From an uncultured Candidatus Woesearchaeota archaeon (lineage in GTDB: Archaea; Nanobdellota; Nanobdellia; Woesearchaeales; B29-G15), in contig CAIWSB010000080.1 of the NCBI GenBank assembly GCA_903915225.1, forward strand, positions 21,459 through 85,458: a stretch of 64,000 bases of DNA, given 5' to 3'. The notes under the pieces are model-generated. The model was not told the origin of the DNA and did not search any database. It saw only the letters and a list, made by a program, of their open reading frames with translations. Position numbers and translations under genes: made by a program. Shown one piece after another: positions 18,815 to 29,097 of this stretch (positions are counted from its first letter, which is position 1; each line of letters begins with the position of its first letter).

Positions 18815-20596
18815 ATGTGGAAAAGAGGTGCATCGGTTGGTATATTCTTGGTAATTGGAGTAATAATACTCATAACAGCGGGGCTTGTTGTCTGGGTAAT
18901 GAATGGCACATCTCCAAAGCCAACAAATGATGATGTGTCCGGCTATGATGCTAGTGAAGTCCAGAGCTTTGTTAATAGCTGCCTATTTGATTCAACAATT
19001 GCAGGGCTGCGCCTATTGGGACAGCAGGGTGGAGTTATATACCTGAGCCAGGGAGGAGTAACCCCAGATTCTTTCATGCAATCTGAGGCGATACTTTACG
19101 ATGGAAGCTATATACTTAGGGGTATATTGGCCGGGGATATGGACTCTGGGCGCTCCTGTGTCCCAACCCACAAACCACCTATCTATAACCCAGAGAGATG
19201 CCCAAATGTGGCATTCCCCTTCTATAATACAGAATCTCCAGAGGTTTCAATGCAGCAGCTGAGGATATCACCTCCCCCAGCTGATGCCTATGTTCGGCTT
19301 TTAAACAGGGTAAACCTTCGAGACCTCTACCCTCGCACAGAGGAATTTACGAAAATGGGAGCCACATTTGACAATTTGGTTGACAACTCCAGGGACCAGA
19401 GCGTCTATGCGACACTCAAATCCTTCATTGAGCGCAATATCACAAAATGCCTTGACTTCTCAAGCCTTCAAAATGTGGAGGTTACTGCCACGGGGCAGCC
19501 ACAGGTAATCCCTATAATATCTGCTGATTTTGTTACAGTTAGTATGAAATATCCCTTAACAGTAAAACACCAATCAAAAACAATAAGCCTGGAGAAGTTC
19601 TCAGCACCCACACGGGTCAGGTTTAAACCCTTGTTCATTTACGTCAAGTACCTTCTTGAAAATGAAGCCCTGGATTTCAGTTTTGACATCGGTTTGCCCC
19701 AGGACAGCCCAGTGGGTGTAAGCCATATTGTAAATAAGGATGTTGTGGGAAAGGCAGACTTGCTTCAAGTGACTGACAATAACTCTTTCCTGCCAGATAA
19801 AGGGGGAAGTGGTTTTGTGCCTTTCATGTTCTCCACTTTTATTGATAACTCTCAACCGGCCATATCTTATATCCATTATAATAATTTAGATATAGTGCCG
19901 GGGTTGAGGAATAGGCTCACTCATTGTTCGCTCTTAGCAGAACCGCGCAACCCCTGGGAGGAATCAACCACTGATTTGGAAGCTGAAATTGGTACTACCA
20001 TGAATCGGGCAGCACTTACTTGCCTCTGGCAAGCCTATGAGAATTCACTAGGGCCTGGATACAGGAGGGTATATGAGCCAGACGGTGATCTTTTGCCTCC
20101 CCCTGACTTCAAGACTGCACATTGTGAATGGAATAAACCCTGCCAATACAAAGGTGAGAATCTCTTCCTTGATAGGCCAGTAAATTTAACAATTAGGTTT
20201 AATGATAGTCAATATGCGGATACTTTAACAATTCCTCTAAAATTATTTGACCACCCGGTTGAAGATCTGAGGATAGGGAGGGTCCACTATGAAGAGGAGG
20301 TTTTGGCAGGTCTTGACCCTCTTATTGTAGACTTAGAACAGGCACTACAGTTACTACCGCTGGTATACCAAGTAAATGCCACCGATGAGGATATCCGGTG
20401 GGGGACTGAAGTCGATGAGATTGAGTATAGTGTGGATGTACCAACTGTTAAGTCGGAGAAGGAAGAACTATCGGAAATTAAACGCCGCTGGGTTGTCGGG
20501 TTCATGAGAAGCTATTCTGGGCAAGTCGCCAACTTCTCTGTCAGGGACAATTATGGCAAATCCATCAGCAAAACTATTGTTTTAGGGGAAGATTAG
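18815..20596 (+). CDS. Large (593 aa) extracellular protein with a class III (type IV prepilin-like) signal peptide
   Basis: N-terminus MWKRG|[23 protein letters not shown] fits the archaeal prepilin peptidase motif (basic residues, G, small residue, hydrophobic helix). The remainder is soluble with no recognisable domain. Confidence 0.55.
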   Translation: MWKRGASVGIFLVIGVIILITAGLVVWVMNGTSPKPTNDDVSGYDASEVQSFVNSCLFDSTIAGLRLLGQQGGVIYLSQGGVTPDSFMQSEAILYDGSYILRGILAGDMDSGRSCVPTHKPPIYNPERCPNVAFPFYNTESPEVSMQQLRISPPPADAYVRLLNRVNLRDLYPRTEEFTKMGATFDNLVDNSRDQSVYATLKSFIERNITKCLDFSSLQNVEVTATGQPQVIPIISADFVTVSMKYPLTVKHQSKTISLEKFSAPTRVRFKPLFIYVKYLLENEALDFSFDIGLPQDSPVGVSHIVNKDVVGKADLLQVTDNNSFLPDKGGSGFVPFMFSTFIDNSQPAISYIHYNNLDIVPGLRNRLTHCSLLAEPRNPWEESTTDLEAEIGTTMNRAALTCLWQAYENSLGPGYRRVYEPDGDLLPPPDFKTAHCEWNKPCQYKGENLFLDRPVNLTIRFNDSQYADTLTIPLKLFDHPVEDLRIGRVHYEEEVLAGLDPLIVDLEQALQLLPLVYQVNATDEDIRWGTEVDEIEYSVDVPTVKSEKEELSEIKRRWVVGFMRSYSGQVANFSVRDNYGKSISKTIVLGED

Positions 20597-20625
20597 GAAA
20601 AATTTTATATACTAGTATACAACTT

Positions 20626-22497
20626 ATGGGAACTAAAATGGCAAAAAAAGGTTATCTTTTACTAGCTCTGTTGATAGGGATATTCTTGGTGCAATACGCT
20701 GCAGCCCAGAGTGGATGCTGCCTCAACCCAATGACTGAGGGATGTAAATACTCTGCATTGGAAACATGCTGCCCGCCAGACGCCCCAGATAAGTATGTGG
20801 CAGCAGGGGGAGTGGGACCTGCGAATCAAGGGAATTGCACTAGTAATTGGTTCTATCAGAGCGAGCAGGAGGATGCATGCGCCACGATGTCGGCCGATAC
20901 ATTCCCCAATGCAGGTTATTGCATGCAGGGATGTTGCTGCACAAGCCCGCCAGAGTCACAGGAAGGGAATCCTTTCCCAGTAATATTCCTGCAGGAGAAT
21001 AAACTCCTGTGCCTGGGCTTAGACCAGTTTTGGTTTGATTTACAGACAACACCTGTTTGTGATAACACAACCTGCGGGCCAAAATTGTACCCCCCCTTGC
21101 TTAGAAATGCAACTTGTGATATAACTATACCGGGTTATTGTGACCCTTACACCGCGTCAGACCCAGAAGTTATTTGTAAAAATGTTACAAATGTCAATGC
21201 TCAAAACACTCAACGAGGAGTGTGTTGTTACAGCCCCGAGTGTGCAGCAGAAATTGTTGGAGAGACTGTAACAGAAGATCTCTGCGTGGAAACCTTCACT
21301 TCCCCATTCAATGACCCACAAATGGTTTGTGTGAATGGCAATTGGGTCCAATCTGGGCTACCAGTTGGTGCTGGTGAGGTTTGCGCAAGGCAGACAGGCC
21401 AGACAGCAACAAACGAACCAATACTTTTACAGGTTGGTACGTGCACTGATGGCCTGCTTTGTAAACCTGCATTGATTGATGAGATCTTTCACGTATGCTG
21501 TGCAAACAACGAGTGTAGTTACTTTAATACAACCAGCCTAAACGGAACCTGCTATGCTGACCTTTCCAAAATTGAATTGGGAATTGAGACAAGAGCTAAT
21601 TACACCTGTGACAACGGGACATGGACAACTGCTAGTGATGAAATCAAAAAGCGGCATGGAGAGATTTGCGAGAAGTCCCTTGATTGTAATACTGATCTCT
21701 CATGTTTACCCTACAATGTGGAGTCCACTGAAGAAAGCGCAGGTATAAAGCACTGCTGCCTTAAGGATGGCACCGAGTGTGGTTCTCCAGATGGATGCGC
21801 GGGTAAAGATGATACAAAAAAGGTGGGCAACGATACATATGTCTGCATCGGACCGCTTTGGGTAAAGAAGACGGTGGTTGAAACCCCTTGGGAACCACAA
21901 GATAACGGTGGCAGCTCAGGTGGCGGTGGCTGCAGCTCAGCAGGAACAGGTAGTGGTGCAGGTGGCGTTGGCGGGGATAATGTGACCCTAGACACTGATA
22001 ATGATACAATCCTAGATGATAGCGACAACTGCATAAATATATCAAACACAGACCAGAAAGACACAGATAGTGATGGTAAGGGCGATGTGTGTGATGATGA
22101 TATTGACGGAGATGGGGTATTAAACGAGCAGGATAACTGCCCTGAAATCCCAAATGCGGACCAAGCTGACCTCGATAATGATAAAATTGGAGACGTTTGC
22201 GATTCTGATAAAGATGGAGACACGGTTGCAAACGATGTAGACAACTGCCCCCTAGTGATTAACACAGACCAGAAAGATGATGATAATGACGGAATGGGGG
22301 ATGCGTGCGATACTAACGGCAACCAGGAAACCAATTCTTTACTCTTATGGGGCGCCGTGCTAGGTGTGGTAGGAGCAGGCTTAGCTATCGCACTTGGTTG
22401 GATAGCGGCACCCACTTTAGCCATTGGATCTCTCGTTGTTGGAATTGGAACAGTGGTGGGTGTAGTTGTGGGCTGGCTAGTGAGTCTATTCGTCTAA
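20626..22497 (+). CDS. Secreted Cys-rich surface protein with thrombospondin type-3 Ca-binding repeats and a C-terminal TM anchor
   Basis: Signal peptide [25 protein letters not shown]. Cys-rich N-terminal region. Five or six TSP3-like repeats, D-x-D-x-D-G-x-x-D-x-C-D / DNCPxxxNxDQxDxDxDGxGDxCD ([82 protein letters not shown]). C-terminal hydrophobic stretch [25 protein letters not shown]...[10 protein letters not shown]. Confidence 0.7.
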   Translation: MGTKMAKKGYLLLALLIGIFLVQYAAAQSGCCLNPMTEGCKYSALETCCPPDAPDKYVAAGGVGPANQGNCTSNWFYQSEQEDACATMSADTFPNAGYCMQGCCCTSPPESQEGNPFPVIFLQENKLLCLGLDQFWFDLQTTPVCDNTTCGPKLYPPLLRNATCDITIPGYCDPYTASDPEVICKNVTNVNAQNTQRGVCCYSPECAAEIVGETVTEDLCVETFTSPFNDPQMVCVNGNWVQSGLPVGAGEVCARQTGQTATNEPILLQVGTCTDGLLCKPALIDEIFHVCCANNECSYFNTTSLNGTCYADLSKIELGIETRANYTCDNGTWTTASDEIKKRHGEICEKSLDCNTDLSCLPYNVESTEESAGIKHCCLKDGTECGSPDGCAGKDDTKKVGNDTYVCIGPLWVKKTVVETPWEPQDNGGSSGGGGCSSAGTGSGAGGVGGDNVTLDTDNDTILDDSDNCINISNTDQKDTDSDGKGDVCDDDIDGDGVLNEQDNCPEIPNADQADLDNDKIGDVCDSDKDGDTVANDVDNCPLVINTDQKDDDNDGMGDACDTNGNQETNSLLLWGAVLGVVGAGLAIALGWIAAPTLAIGSLVVGIGTVVGVVVGWLVSLFV

Positions 22498-22685
22498 ACC
22501 TTTTTTTCCAAGAATTTTTTAATTGAGCGGTCGAAGCTCTTTTCTGATTCCTTATCAAAATAGCATGCGGGTAGCTGGCTCTTAACCAGGTGATAGGCAA
22601 CACACTCGCAGCAAATCCCCTTCCTGGGGCAGCCAGGGTATGAGCAGGAGCAATTGGCAAGGTTCTTTTTCTGGTTACATTCCAT
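22494..22685 (-). CDS. Small cysteine-rich protein (63 aa), C-x-C-x4-C...G-I-C-C-E-C-x-x-Y-H motif
   Basis: [43 protein letters not shown]. Lies 8 nt downstream of pyrG on the same strand. Confidence 0.5.
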   Translation of the reverse strand: MECNQKKNLANCSCSYPGCPRKGICCECVAYHLVKSQLPACYFDKESEKSFDRSIKKFLEKKV

Positions 22686-22693
22686 AAATCTGG

Positions 22694-24289
22694 TTATCTA
22701 GAATCAACTTTTAAGTGTTTCGCAGCTGCTTTTAGGAGCTCAACAAAAAGCCCATCTGGCTGCTCCAACTTGGATGTAAACTCCGGATGGAACTGTGAGG
22801 CCATAAAGAATGGATGCCCTGGGAGTTCCATTAGCTGCATTATATCCCCACTCGGCGTCATTCCTGAGAAAACAAGCCCCTTCTCCTGCAGCAATGGCAC
22901 ATATTTCGGGTTGACCTCATAGCGGTGCCTAAAGCGGCGCGAGATTGTTTTGGATTTGAAAATATCTGCTGCCTTTGTACCTTGCTTTATTGCAACAGTT
23001 TGGCCGCCAAGCCTCATTGTGGCCCCCTTGGTCTTGACACCGCGCTGGGTTGGCAGCAGGAATACAACTGGGTGCTTTGTCTTGGCTGAAAACTCAGTGG
23101 AATTTGCATCCTTAAGGTTGCACTTATTCCTGGCAAACTCAATAACAGCGAGCTGCATGCCCAGGCAGAGCCCCAGGAAAGGCATGCTATGCTCGCGGGC
23201 GTATTGTATCGCCCCAATCTTGCCTTCACAGCCGCGGTTCCCAAAGCCGCCTGGAATAATGAGCCCATCAAAACCCTTGAGTTTTGAATCAATCCCTGCT
23301 GGCTCTGTTGTCTCAATGAGTGTTATTTCTGGCATAACGCCAAGGTGGGCGCCTGCATGCACCAGAGCCTCCTTAATACTAATGTATGAATCCTTAAGTG
23401 CAGTGTATTTACCGCAGATGGCTATCCTTACCTTTGTTTTTGGCTTCAGAATATTATCAACTAACTTCTTCCAGGCTCCGAGCTCTATCCTACCTTTTAT
23501 TCCCAGTTTCTCTCTTAAAAGTATGTCAAACCTTTGCTTCTGGAAAACCAAAGGTAGCTCATAGACCGTCTGAATATCTGGGTTGCTGATTACATTCTCC
23601 ACACTAATGTTGGAGAAAAGAGCAACCTTATGCCTGGCGTTGTCTGATAGCGGATCACGACTCCTGCACACCACAAAGTCAGGTTGTATCCCGCGTTCCA
23701 GCATTAGCACAACAGATTGCTGTGTCGGCTTGGTCTTTTGCTCGCCAACGCTGTCCAGTATGGGAACATAAGTAAGGTGGACCGCCACCATCTGCTCGCC
23801 CTCAAGCCTCATTTGCCTTGCAGCCTCAAAGAATACAAGGTTTTCTATATCCCCAACTGTCCCGCCTATCTCAATTATCCCTACTTCGGCCTTCTCCCTG
23901 TCAAAGATGTTCCTCCATCTCTGCTTAATCTCATCAGTCACATGGGGGATAATCTGCACGGTCTTGCCCAGGAAATCACCCCTGCGCTCTTTTTCAATTA
24001 TTGTCTGAAAAATCTTGCCAGAGGTTAAGTTCCAGTCCCTCTTGGCTTTTATTGGCAGGAACCGCTCGTAGTGGCCGAAGTCCATGTCGACCTCGCCGCC
24101 GTCATCAAGAACAAAAACTTCACCGTGCTCAAATGGGTTCATCGTGCCCGGGTCAATGTTGAGGTAGCCATCGCATTTGATTGTAACAACCCTCTTATCC
24201 TGAAGAAGCTTGCCAATGGATGCTGAGACGACACCCTTGCCTAGACCAGAAAGCACGCCCCCCGAGACCAGAACCCAACGCCTTGGCAT
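22694..24289 (-). CDS. pyrG: CTP synthase. The track start 24337 is TTG; the true start is ATG 24289.
   Basis: N-terminal synthetase domain [24 protein letters not shown] and C-terminal class I GATase [16 protein letters not shown]. Confidence 0.9.
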   Translation of the reverse strand: MPRRWVLVSGGVLSGLGKGVVSASIGKLLQDKRVVTIKCDGYLNIDPGTMNPFEHGEVFVLDDGGEVDMDFGHYERFLPIKAKRDWNLTSGKIFQTIIEKERRGDFLGKTVQIIPHVTDEIKQRWRNIFDREKAEVGIIEIGGTVGDIENLVFFEAARQMRLEGEQMVAVHLTYVPILDSVGEQKTKPTQQSVVLMLERGIQPDFVVCRSRDPLSDNARHKVALFSNISVENVISNPDIQTVYELPLVFQKQRFDILLREKLGIKGRIELGAWKKLVDNILKPKTKVRIAICGKYTALKDSYISIKEALVHAGAHLGVMPEITLIETTEPAGIDSKLKGFDGLIIPGGFGNRGCEGKIGAIQYAREHSMPFLGLCLGMQLAVIEFARNKCNLKDANSTEFSAKTKHPVVFLLPTQRGVKTKGATMRLGGQTVAIKQGTKAADIFKSKTISRRFRHRYEVNPKYVPLLQEKGLVFSGMTPSGDIMQLMELPGHPFFMASQFHPEFTSKLEQPDGLFVELLKAAAKHLKVDSR

Positions 24290-24369
24290 TACTCCTTTTT
24301 GAAAGCACTGTTTAATAAATTTTGCGATTGCCCGCAAAATTATTTAAGCCGTGCAGTTTTAGGGGAGGC

Positions 24370-25863
24370 ATGCTGGACATTGGCGCATGCCTACGTTGGT
24401 ACAAACTCCCGGAAGTACAGAATGCTATTCTTCAGGGTGCTGAGCACCGTGAGGTGGCTGCCCGGTACGGGGATGGGTTTGGCAGGCGCCCAGACACGCT
24501 GGCATATCCGAGAGATGTGCTTGAGTTTGCAAAAAACGGGGCAACATCGTTCCATGTCTCAGAGGAGCATTGGGAAAACCCACAAATACTGTCTGCAAAG
24601 CTTAGCCAGAAACAACTCGATGCCTTGCGCACAGGCTGGGATATGGTGCTGGATATTGACTGCCCAATTTGGAAATTCTCAAAGAGAATAACCCATCAAA
24701 CAGTCCAAATTCTCACTGGATTGGGCATAAAATCGGTATCTGTTAAATTCTCGGGGAATAAGGGATTCCACATAGGGGTGCCGTTTCAGGCATTTCCCCC
24801 TAAGTTTAGGGGTATTCCGCTTCCTTTGCTGTTCCCCGAGGCCCCTAGGCGCATTGCCCAATATATTTCAAACCGGCTTGACAGAACAATTGCCGAGTCT
24901 TTGAGCGAGTCAGAAAAGGCCGAGATTGCCATATTTTTGAACAAAAGCGCGCAGGAGGTTTTTGTGAAAAGGTGCAGTTCCTGCGGCGCAAATCTTGTGA
25001 ATGAGGATATTGCCAATTTCATTTGCCAAACTTGCGGCAAGAGCATTGCAGCGAAAAAGGAAACGCCTTACATGATTTGCCTAAACTGCAAGAAGATAAT
25101 GAACAAGACGCAAATTGCTGCACCCAAAGCATGCCCAAAATGCGGGTCAAAGGCCAAACCCTCAGAAGGGTTCAATCTTTCCGAGCTGCTAAAGGTAGAT
25201 ACAGTGCTTCTAGCGTCAAGACACCTCTTCAGGATGGTTTATTCACTCCATGAGAAGTCTGGGCTTGCCAGCATACCAGTTGAACTAAGCCGAATTGAGG
25301 CTTTTGAGAAAGAGGAGGCAGATACTGCTTGGGTTGTTGTTAGCGACAAACTGGTTTTTTTGGATTCAAGAAAAGTTGTACCCGGAGAGGCAGGCATACT
25401 CTTGATTGAGGCTTATGATGCAACAGCCAAACAGCTCGAAGAGAAGAAACCCCGCAGCCAAAGGGATTTCGAGCTGCCCAAGACCCCTGTTGCAAGCGAG
25501 CTGTTTCCCCCCTGCATCAACATAATTCTTGGGGGGCTTGAGGATGGCAGGAAGAGGGCGATGTTTATTCTGCTTAACTTTTTGTCCAACATGGGCTGGA
25601 GTTATGATGAGATTGAAAAGTTCATGATGGATTGGAACGAGCGAAATAAGCCACCAATGAAAGAGGGCTTACTTGTATCCCACTTGTCCAACTTTAAGAG
25701 GTCAGGTCCGGCCAAACTGCCCCCAAATTGCGATAAGGATGGGTACTATAAATCAATGGGCGTCTGCCAGCCAGATTTGCTTTGCAAACGGATTAAAAAT
25801 CCAGCAAATTACTATCGCGTTAAAGAAGGGAATAAAGTGAAGAGGAGTAGAAAAAATGAATAA
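24370..25863 (+). CDS. priS: Archaeo-eukaryotic primase small subunit (PriS-like) with two extra Zn-ribbon insertions. The track start 24322 is upstream; ATG 24370 has a GGGGAGG SD.
   Basis: AEP motif I MVLDIDCP (DxD) and motif II FSGNKGFHIGVP (SGxxGxH). N-terminal REVAARYGDGFGRRPD is PriS-like. CSSCGANL...CQTCGK and CLNCKK...CPKCGSK Zn ribbons. Confidence 0.6.
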   Translation: MLDIGACLRWYKLPEVQNAILQGAEHREVAARYGDGFGRRPDTLAYPRDVLEFAKNGATSFHVSEEHWENPQILSAKLSQKQLDALRTGWDMVLDIDCPIWKFSKRITHQTVQILTGLGIKSVSVKFSGNKGFHIGVPFQAFPPKFRGIPLPLLFPEAPRRIAQYISNRLDRTIAESLSESEKAEIAIFLNKSAQEVFVKRCSSCGANLVNEDIANFICQTCGKSIAAKKETPYMICLNCKKIMNKTQIAAPKACPKCGSKAKPSEGFNLSELLKVDTVLLASRHLFRMVYSLHEKSGLASIPVELSRIEAFEKEEADTAWVVVSDKLVFLDSRKVVPGEAGILLIEAYDATAKQLEEKKPRSQRDFELPKTPVASELFPPCINIILGGLEDGRKRAMFILLNFLSNMGWSYDEIEKFMMDWNERNKPPMKEGLLVSHLSNFKRSGPAKLPPNCDKDGYYKSMGVCQPDLLCKRIKNPANYYRVKEGNKVKRSRKNE

Positions 25864-26560
25864 GATGCTTTACATGGAAGATTGCTATCTGAAGGAATTT
25901 GATGCAACTGTCACTTCTGTTGAAGGGAGCAGGGTAGAGCTTGATCAGACTGCATTTTATCCGGAATCTGGCGGCCAGCCTGCGGATTTTGGATGGCTTT
26001 CTGCAAATGGTGCAGAATACAAGGTTGTTAACACAATAAAGGACAAGGGAAGAGTGCTGCATGAGCTTGATAAGCCTGGCCTGAATCCAGGGGATAAGGT
26101 TCATGGAAAGATTGATTGGGATAGGCGTTATATATTCATGCGATACCATACCGCGTGCCATGTGTTGTCAACCATTATTCATAATACAGCTGGTGCAGAG
26201 ATAACCGGCAACCAGATAGGTTTAGATCAAACGCGTGTGGATTTCTCACTTAAAGAGTTTGACAGGGAGCACTTCAATAACTATGTAATTGCAGCCAACC
26301 GCCTTCTGGATGATGCGAGAAAAGTCACGCTGAGGATGCTGCCCCGTGAGGAGGCTTTCCAAATTCCTGCACTTGTAAAGCTGAGAATGATGCTGCCCGA
26401 GAGCATAAAGATAATCCGCATTGTGGACATTGACGGCTTTGACCAACAGGCCTGCGCAGGGACGCACGTGGCAAACACAAAGGAAATAGGGCATATTAAG
26501 GTTATTGATATGAAGAACAAGGGCGCAGACAACAGGCGAGCTTATTTTGTGCTGGAGTGA
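25856..26560 (+). CDS. alaX: AlaX-type alanyl-tRNA editing protein (AlaRS editing-domain homolog)
   Basis: Zn-binding motifs HTACH and CAGTHV, on the AlaRS second-additional-domain fold. Confidence 0.8.
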   Translation: MNKMLYMEDCYLKEFDATVTSVEGSRVELDQTAFYPESGGQPADFGWLSANGAEYKVVNTIKDKGRVLHELDKPGLNPGDKVHGKIDWDRRYIFMRYHTACHVLSTIIHNTAGAEITGNQIGLDQTRVDFSLKEFDREHFNNYVIAANRLLDDARKVTLRMLPREEAFQIPALVKLRMMLPESIKIIRIVDIDGFDQQACAGTHVANTKEIGHIKVIDMKNKGADNRRAYFVLE

Positions 26561-26574
26561 GCCAAGTTTATTGA

Positions 26575-28263
26575 TTATTTATTGTTATAATCTCTAACAT
26601 CAATACCTTTTTCTTTTAGGAATTTTAGGCTCACAAATGTTCCCTCCTGGCAAAGCAGTTTTCCACCACATTCACATTCTCCGCACATGCCTATCCCACA
26701 CATGCAGTTTGTTTCTAAGGAGCTGAAGATATTGGCCGGGTTTGTCCCTTGCTGCTCTTCAATAGCCATTGCGCTATGCATGAACTCATGCGACCCCACA
26801 TTATAAAATCCAACCTCATTTGGTGCACCACTTAAGATATGTTTGAGTACTCGCGCTTTTTCTCCGGCATCTTCAATAACATCAACACCCGCATATTTCC
26901 CAATCTCATCCACAAGCACAGCCTCCTCCATTTTAGTGACCCCATAGAAAACATTTACCTTCTTCCCCATTGAATTAAGCCATTCAGCCAACCTAGGCAC
27001 AGTTGCTATTCCCGTCCCTGCTGCAACAATCCTGGCCTCTTCTGGGGTGCATATCTCCGGTTCATTTCCATAAACTCCCCGCACGTAGATTGTATCTCCA
27101 CTACTTAATTCAAATAGGGCATTTGTGAAAATTCCCTTACCTTTTGATACATCAAATTCCTTTTTTCTGGCCACGAAAGTTAACGGGTCCCATAATGCTA
27201 TTGAGAACGGCTTTTCCCCAATCCCTGGAATCCAGAGATATGCGAATTGGCTTCCGGAATATTCAATCTCTCCGGATAATGTTAGCACCCTTAGAGTCTT
27301 GCTAGGCCCAGTTATTTCAATAATTTTATGCGGTGTATACTCCATCAATCTTCCGCTAAGCAGGTAACTCTCTGCTTTTTTTGTGCCCATAATTGCATCT
27401 TCCTTAAGGGCAGAAAAATATTCCTGCTTCAATTTAACTCTTGCCAATACGCTGCCTATGCCCACAACATTTGCACCTGCTGCAATCATATTTGCAACAT
27501 CCTGGCCAGTGCTAACCCCACCCATACCAATAATTGGAATTTCTCTGCCAACTGCTTGTCTAACGTGACATACTGCATCCAGTGCTATCTCTTTTATCCA
27601 TTCGCCCGATTTTCCCCCCCTTTGGTTTGAAAGCACGGGTTTTCCTGAATGAATCTCGGAATAGGTAATGGGACTATGGGTGTTCATTGCAGAGATTCCA
27701 TCAGCACCGGCTAGTACAGCAGCCCGGGCGCAAGAGCCAATATTTTCCACATTTGGAGTAAGCTTTACAAATATTGGTTTTTCAGTGGCAGTTCTGATTG
27801 CTTTTACATAGCTGGAGATAAGATTACAGTCGCTGCCAATAGCTGCACCATACCCGTGCACATGGGGACATGAGAAATTAAGTTCAAGAATATCAGCAAT
27901 CTCGCTAAAACCCTTTGCAAGGGTAATGAAATCATCAACGGAGTTTGCAGAAAGCGAAACATTAAGGATGCTCCTCATCTTTTTTGACCTTAACTTAGCA
28001 AGTTCAGCAATTCCTTGCGCCATGCCGGGATTTCTCAGGCCAACAGCATTGACAAAACTCCCCGGCTCCGGCTCTGCAATTATTGGCTCTTTGTTACCTG
28101 GGTTGGGGTTAACCTGATAGCTTTTTGTGGTTATCAAATCCACTGCATGTATGTTTTTGTCAACCCATTCAATTATTGCTGGCTTTGTTGTGTATATGCC
28201 CGAAACAGTTGCTAACTTAATTTTCCCCTCTAACAGGGAATCAATAATTGCCTGTTTTGTCAT
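26575..28263 (-). CDS. pyrD: Dihydroorotate dehydrogenase, class 1B catalytic subunit PyrD fused to electron-transfer subunit PyrK (FAD/[2Fe-2S])
   Basis: N-terminal TIM-barrel DHOD motifs (NAVGLRNPGM, IFVKLTPNV, GADGISAMNT, IIGMGGVSTGQD). The C-terminal ~250 aa has an FNR-like fold and ends with CMCGIGMCGECECGG. Confidence 0.8.
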   Translation of the reverse strand: MTKQAIIDSLLEGKIKLATVSGIYTTKPAIIEWVDKNIHAVDLITTKSYQVNPNPGNKEPIIAEPEPGSFVNAVGLRNPGMAQGIAELAKLRSKKMRSILNVSLSANSVDDFITLAKGFSEIADILELNFSCPHVHGYGAAIGSDCNLISSYVKAIRTATEKPIFVKLTPNVENIGSCARAAVLAGADGISAMNTHSPITYSEIHSGKPVLSNQRGGKSGEWIKEIALDAVCHVRQAVGREIPIIGMGGVSTGQDVANMIAAGANVVGIGSVLARVKLKQEYFSALKEDAIMGTKKAESYLLSGRLMEYTPHKIIEITGPSKTLRVLTLSGEIEYSGSQFAYLWIPGIGEKPFSIALWDPLTFVARKKEFDVSKGKGIFTNALFELSSGDTIYVRGVYGNEPEICTPEEARIVAAGTGIATVPRLAEWLNSMGKKVNVFYGVTKMEEAVLVDEIGKYAGVDVIEDAGEKARVLKHILSGAPNEVGFYNVGSHEFMHSAMAIEEQQGTNPANIFSSLETNCMCGIGMCGECECGGKLLCQEGTFVSLKFLKEKGIDVRDYNNK

Positions 28264-29093
28264 TTTATCGATAACTCTTTTGTAAGCTCACGGATGTTTG
28301 AAAGGCAGCAATCCAGCCAATTATCTGGTGCCTTGCCCGTCTTATACCATGGGTGGGTGAGCCCGCTGGAACTGTTAACTCTGACTAACCTTAGGTCATA
28401 ATCCTTTGAGTTTAATATCTCCAAAACCCTTTCTGCTGAACCCCCTTGAGCACCGATTCCCGGAATAAGTAACGGCACATTTTCGCGGGAATAGAAATCC
28501 ACAAGGGATTCAAAATCCCCCATTATTGATTGGGTTGCCCCTAAGACTGCACCCATTCCGGGGGATTCTGATGATATTTTTTCAATTAGGCTAGCAATCT
28601 TCAAATAGTCCTCACGAGAATGGACAAATCCTGCGCCTGGATTGGAAGGGAGGTTCCAGACATATGTCCCTCTGCCCAGTTTGGAGTATTTCGCAAAGGG
28701 AATTAGACCTTCTTCTCCTGCAAATGGATTAACAGTTACTGCATCAACACCCAATTTACAGAACGCCCCCCTTGCATACATTTCTGCTGTTTGTGAGACA
28801 TCTCCTGCTTTGTAGTCTAAAATAATTGGGGCATTTGGGAAATATTGACTAACCAAGGGGATAAGCTCCCGAAGCACCAGCAACCCATCTGGAAAGAAGA
28901 AACCAAAATTGGGCTTAAAGGCAGCTGGAATCAACTTTTTATTTTGCATACCCTTGAATAGCGCTTCGAAATAACCCAATGTCCAATTGCTTTTGTATTT
29001 ATCCGGCATGGCCTCTGCAACAGGGTCTAGCCCCATGCAGAGAATATTACCACAACCATTTGCACTCTCCCTTAGCTTTTCAATATAATCCAT
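28260..29093 (-). CDS. pyrF: Orotidine-5'-phosphate decarboxylase (type 2). The track start 29198 overlaps pyrE; the likely start is ATG 29093.
   Basis: GLDP...FKPNFGFF...ILDYKAGDVSQTAEMYA...DAVTVNPFAG. ATGA overlap with pyrD/K. Confidence 0.75.
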   Translation of the reverse strand: MDYIEKLRESANGCGNILCMGLDPVAEAMPDKYKSNWTLGYFEALFKGMQNKKLIPAAFKPNFGFFFPDGLLVLRELIPLVSQYFPNAPIILDYKAGDVSQTAEMYARGAFCKLGVDAVTVNPFAGEEGLIPFAKYSKLGRGTYVWNLPSNPGAGFVHSREDYLKIASLIEKISSESPGMGAVLGATQSIMGDFESLVDFYSRENVPLLIPGIGAQGGSAERVLEILNSKDYDLRLVRVNSSSGLTHPWYKTGKAPDNWLDCCLSNIRELTKELSIK

Positions 29094-29097
29094 TTTT

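Noticed and set aside
21711-22424. 237-aa minus-strand ORF rich in Ser/Pro opposite the TSP3-repeat region
   Set aside because: Low-complexity translation of the antisense of the GAT/GAC-rich Asp-repeat coding region. It is fully contained in a well-supported plus-strand gene.
24289-24337. N-terminal extensions in the ORF track (pyrG to 24337, mutS to 18299, iscS to 60897, L23, L24, S8, L30, L15, L14e, S4e, giant protein at 9073)
   Set aside because: The track initiates at TTG/GTG. In each case an in-frame ATG with an SD or a 4-nt overlap to the upstream gene gives the conserved N-terminus, so the extensions were trimmed.
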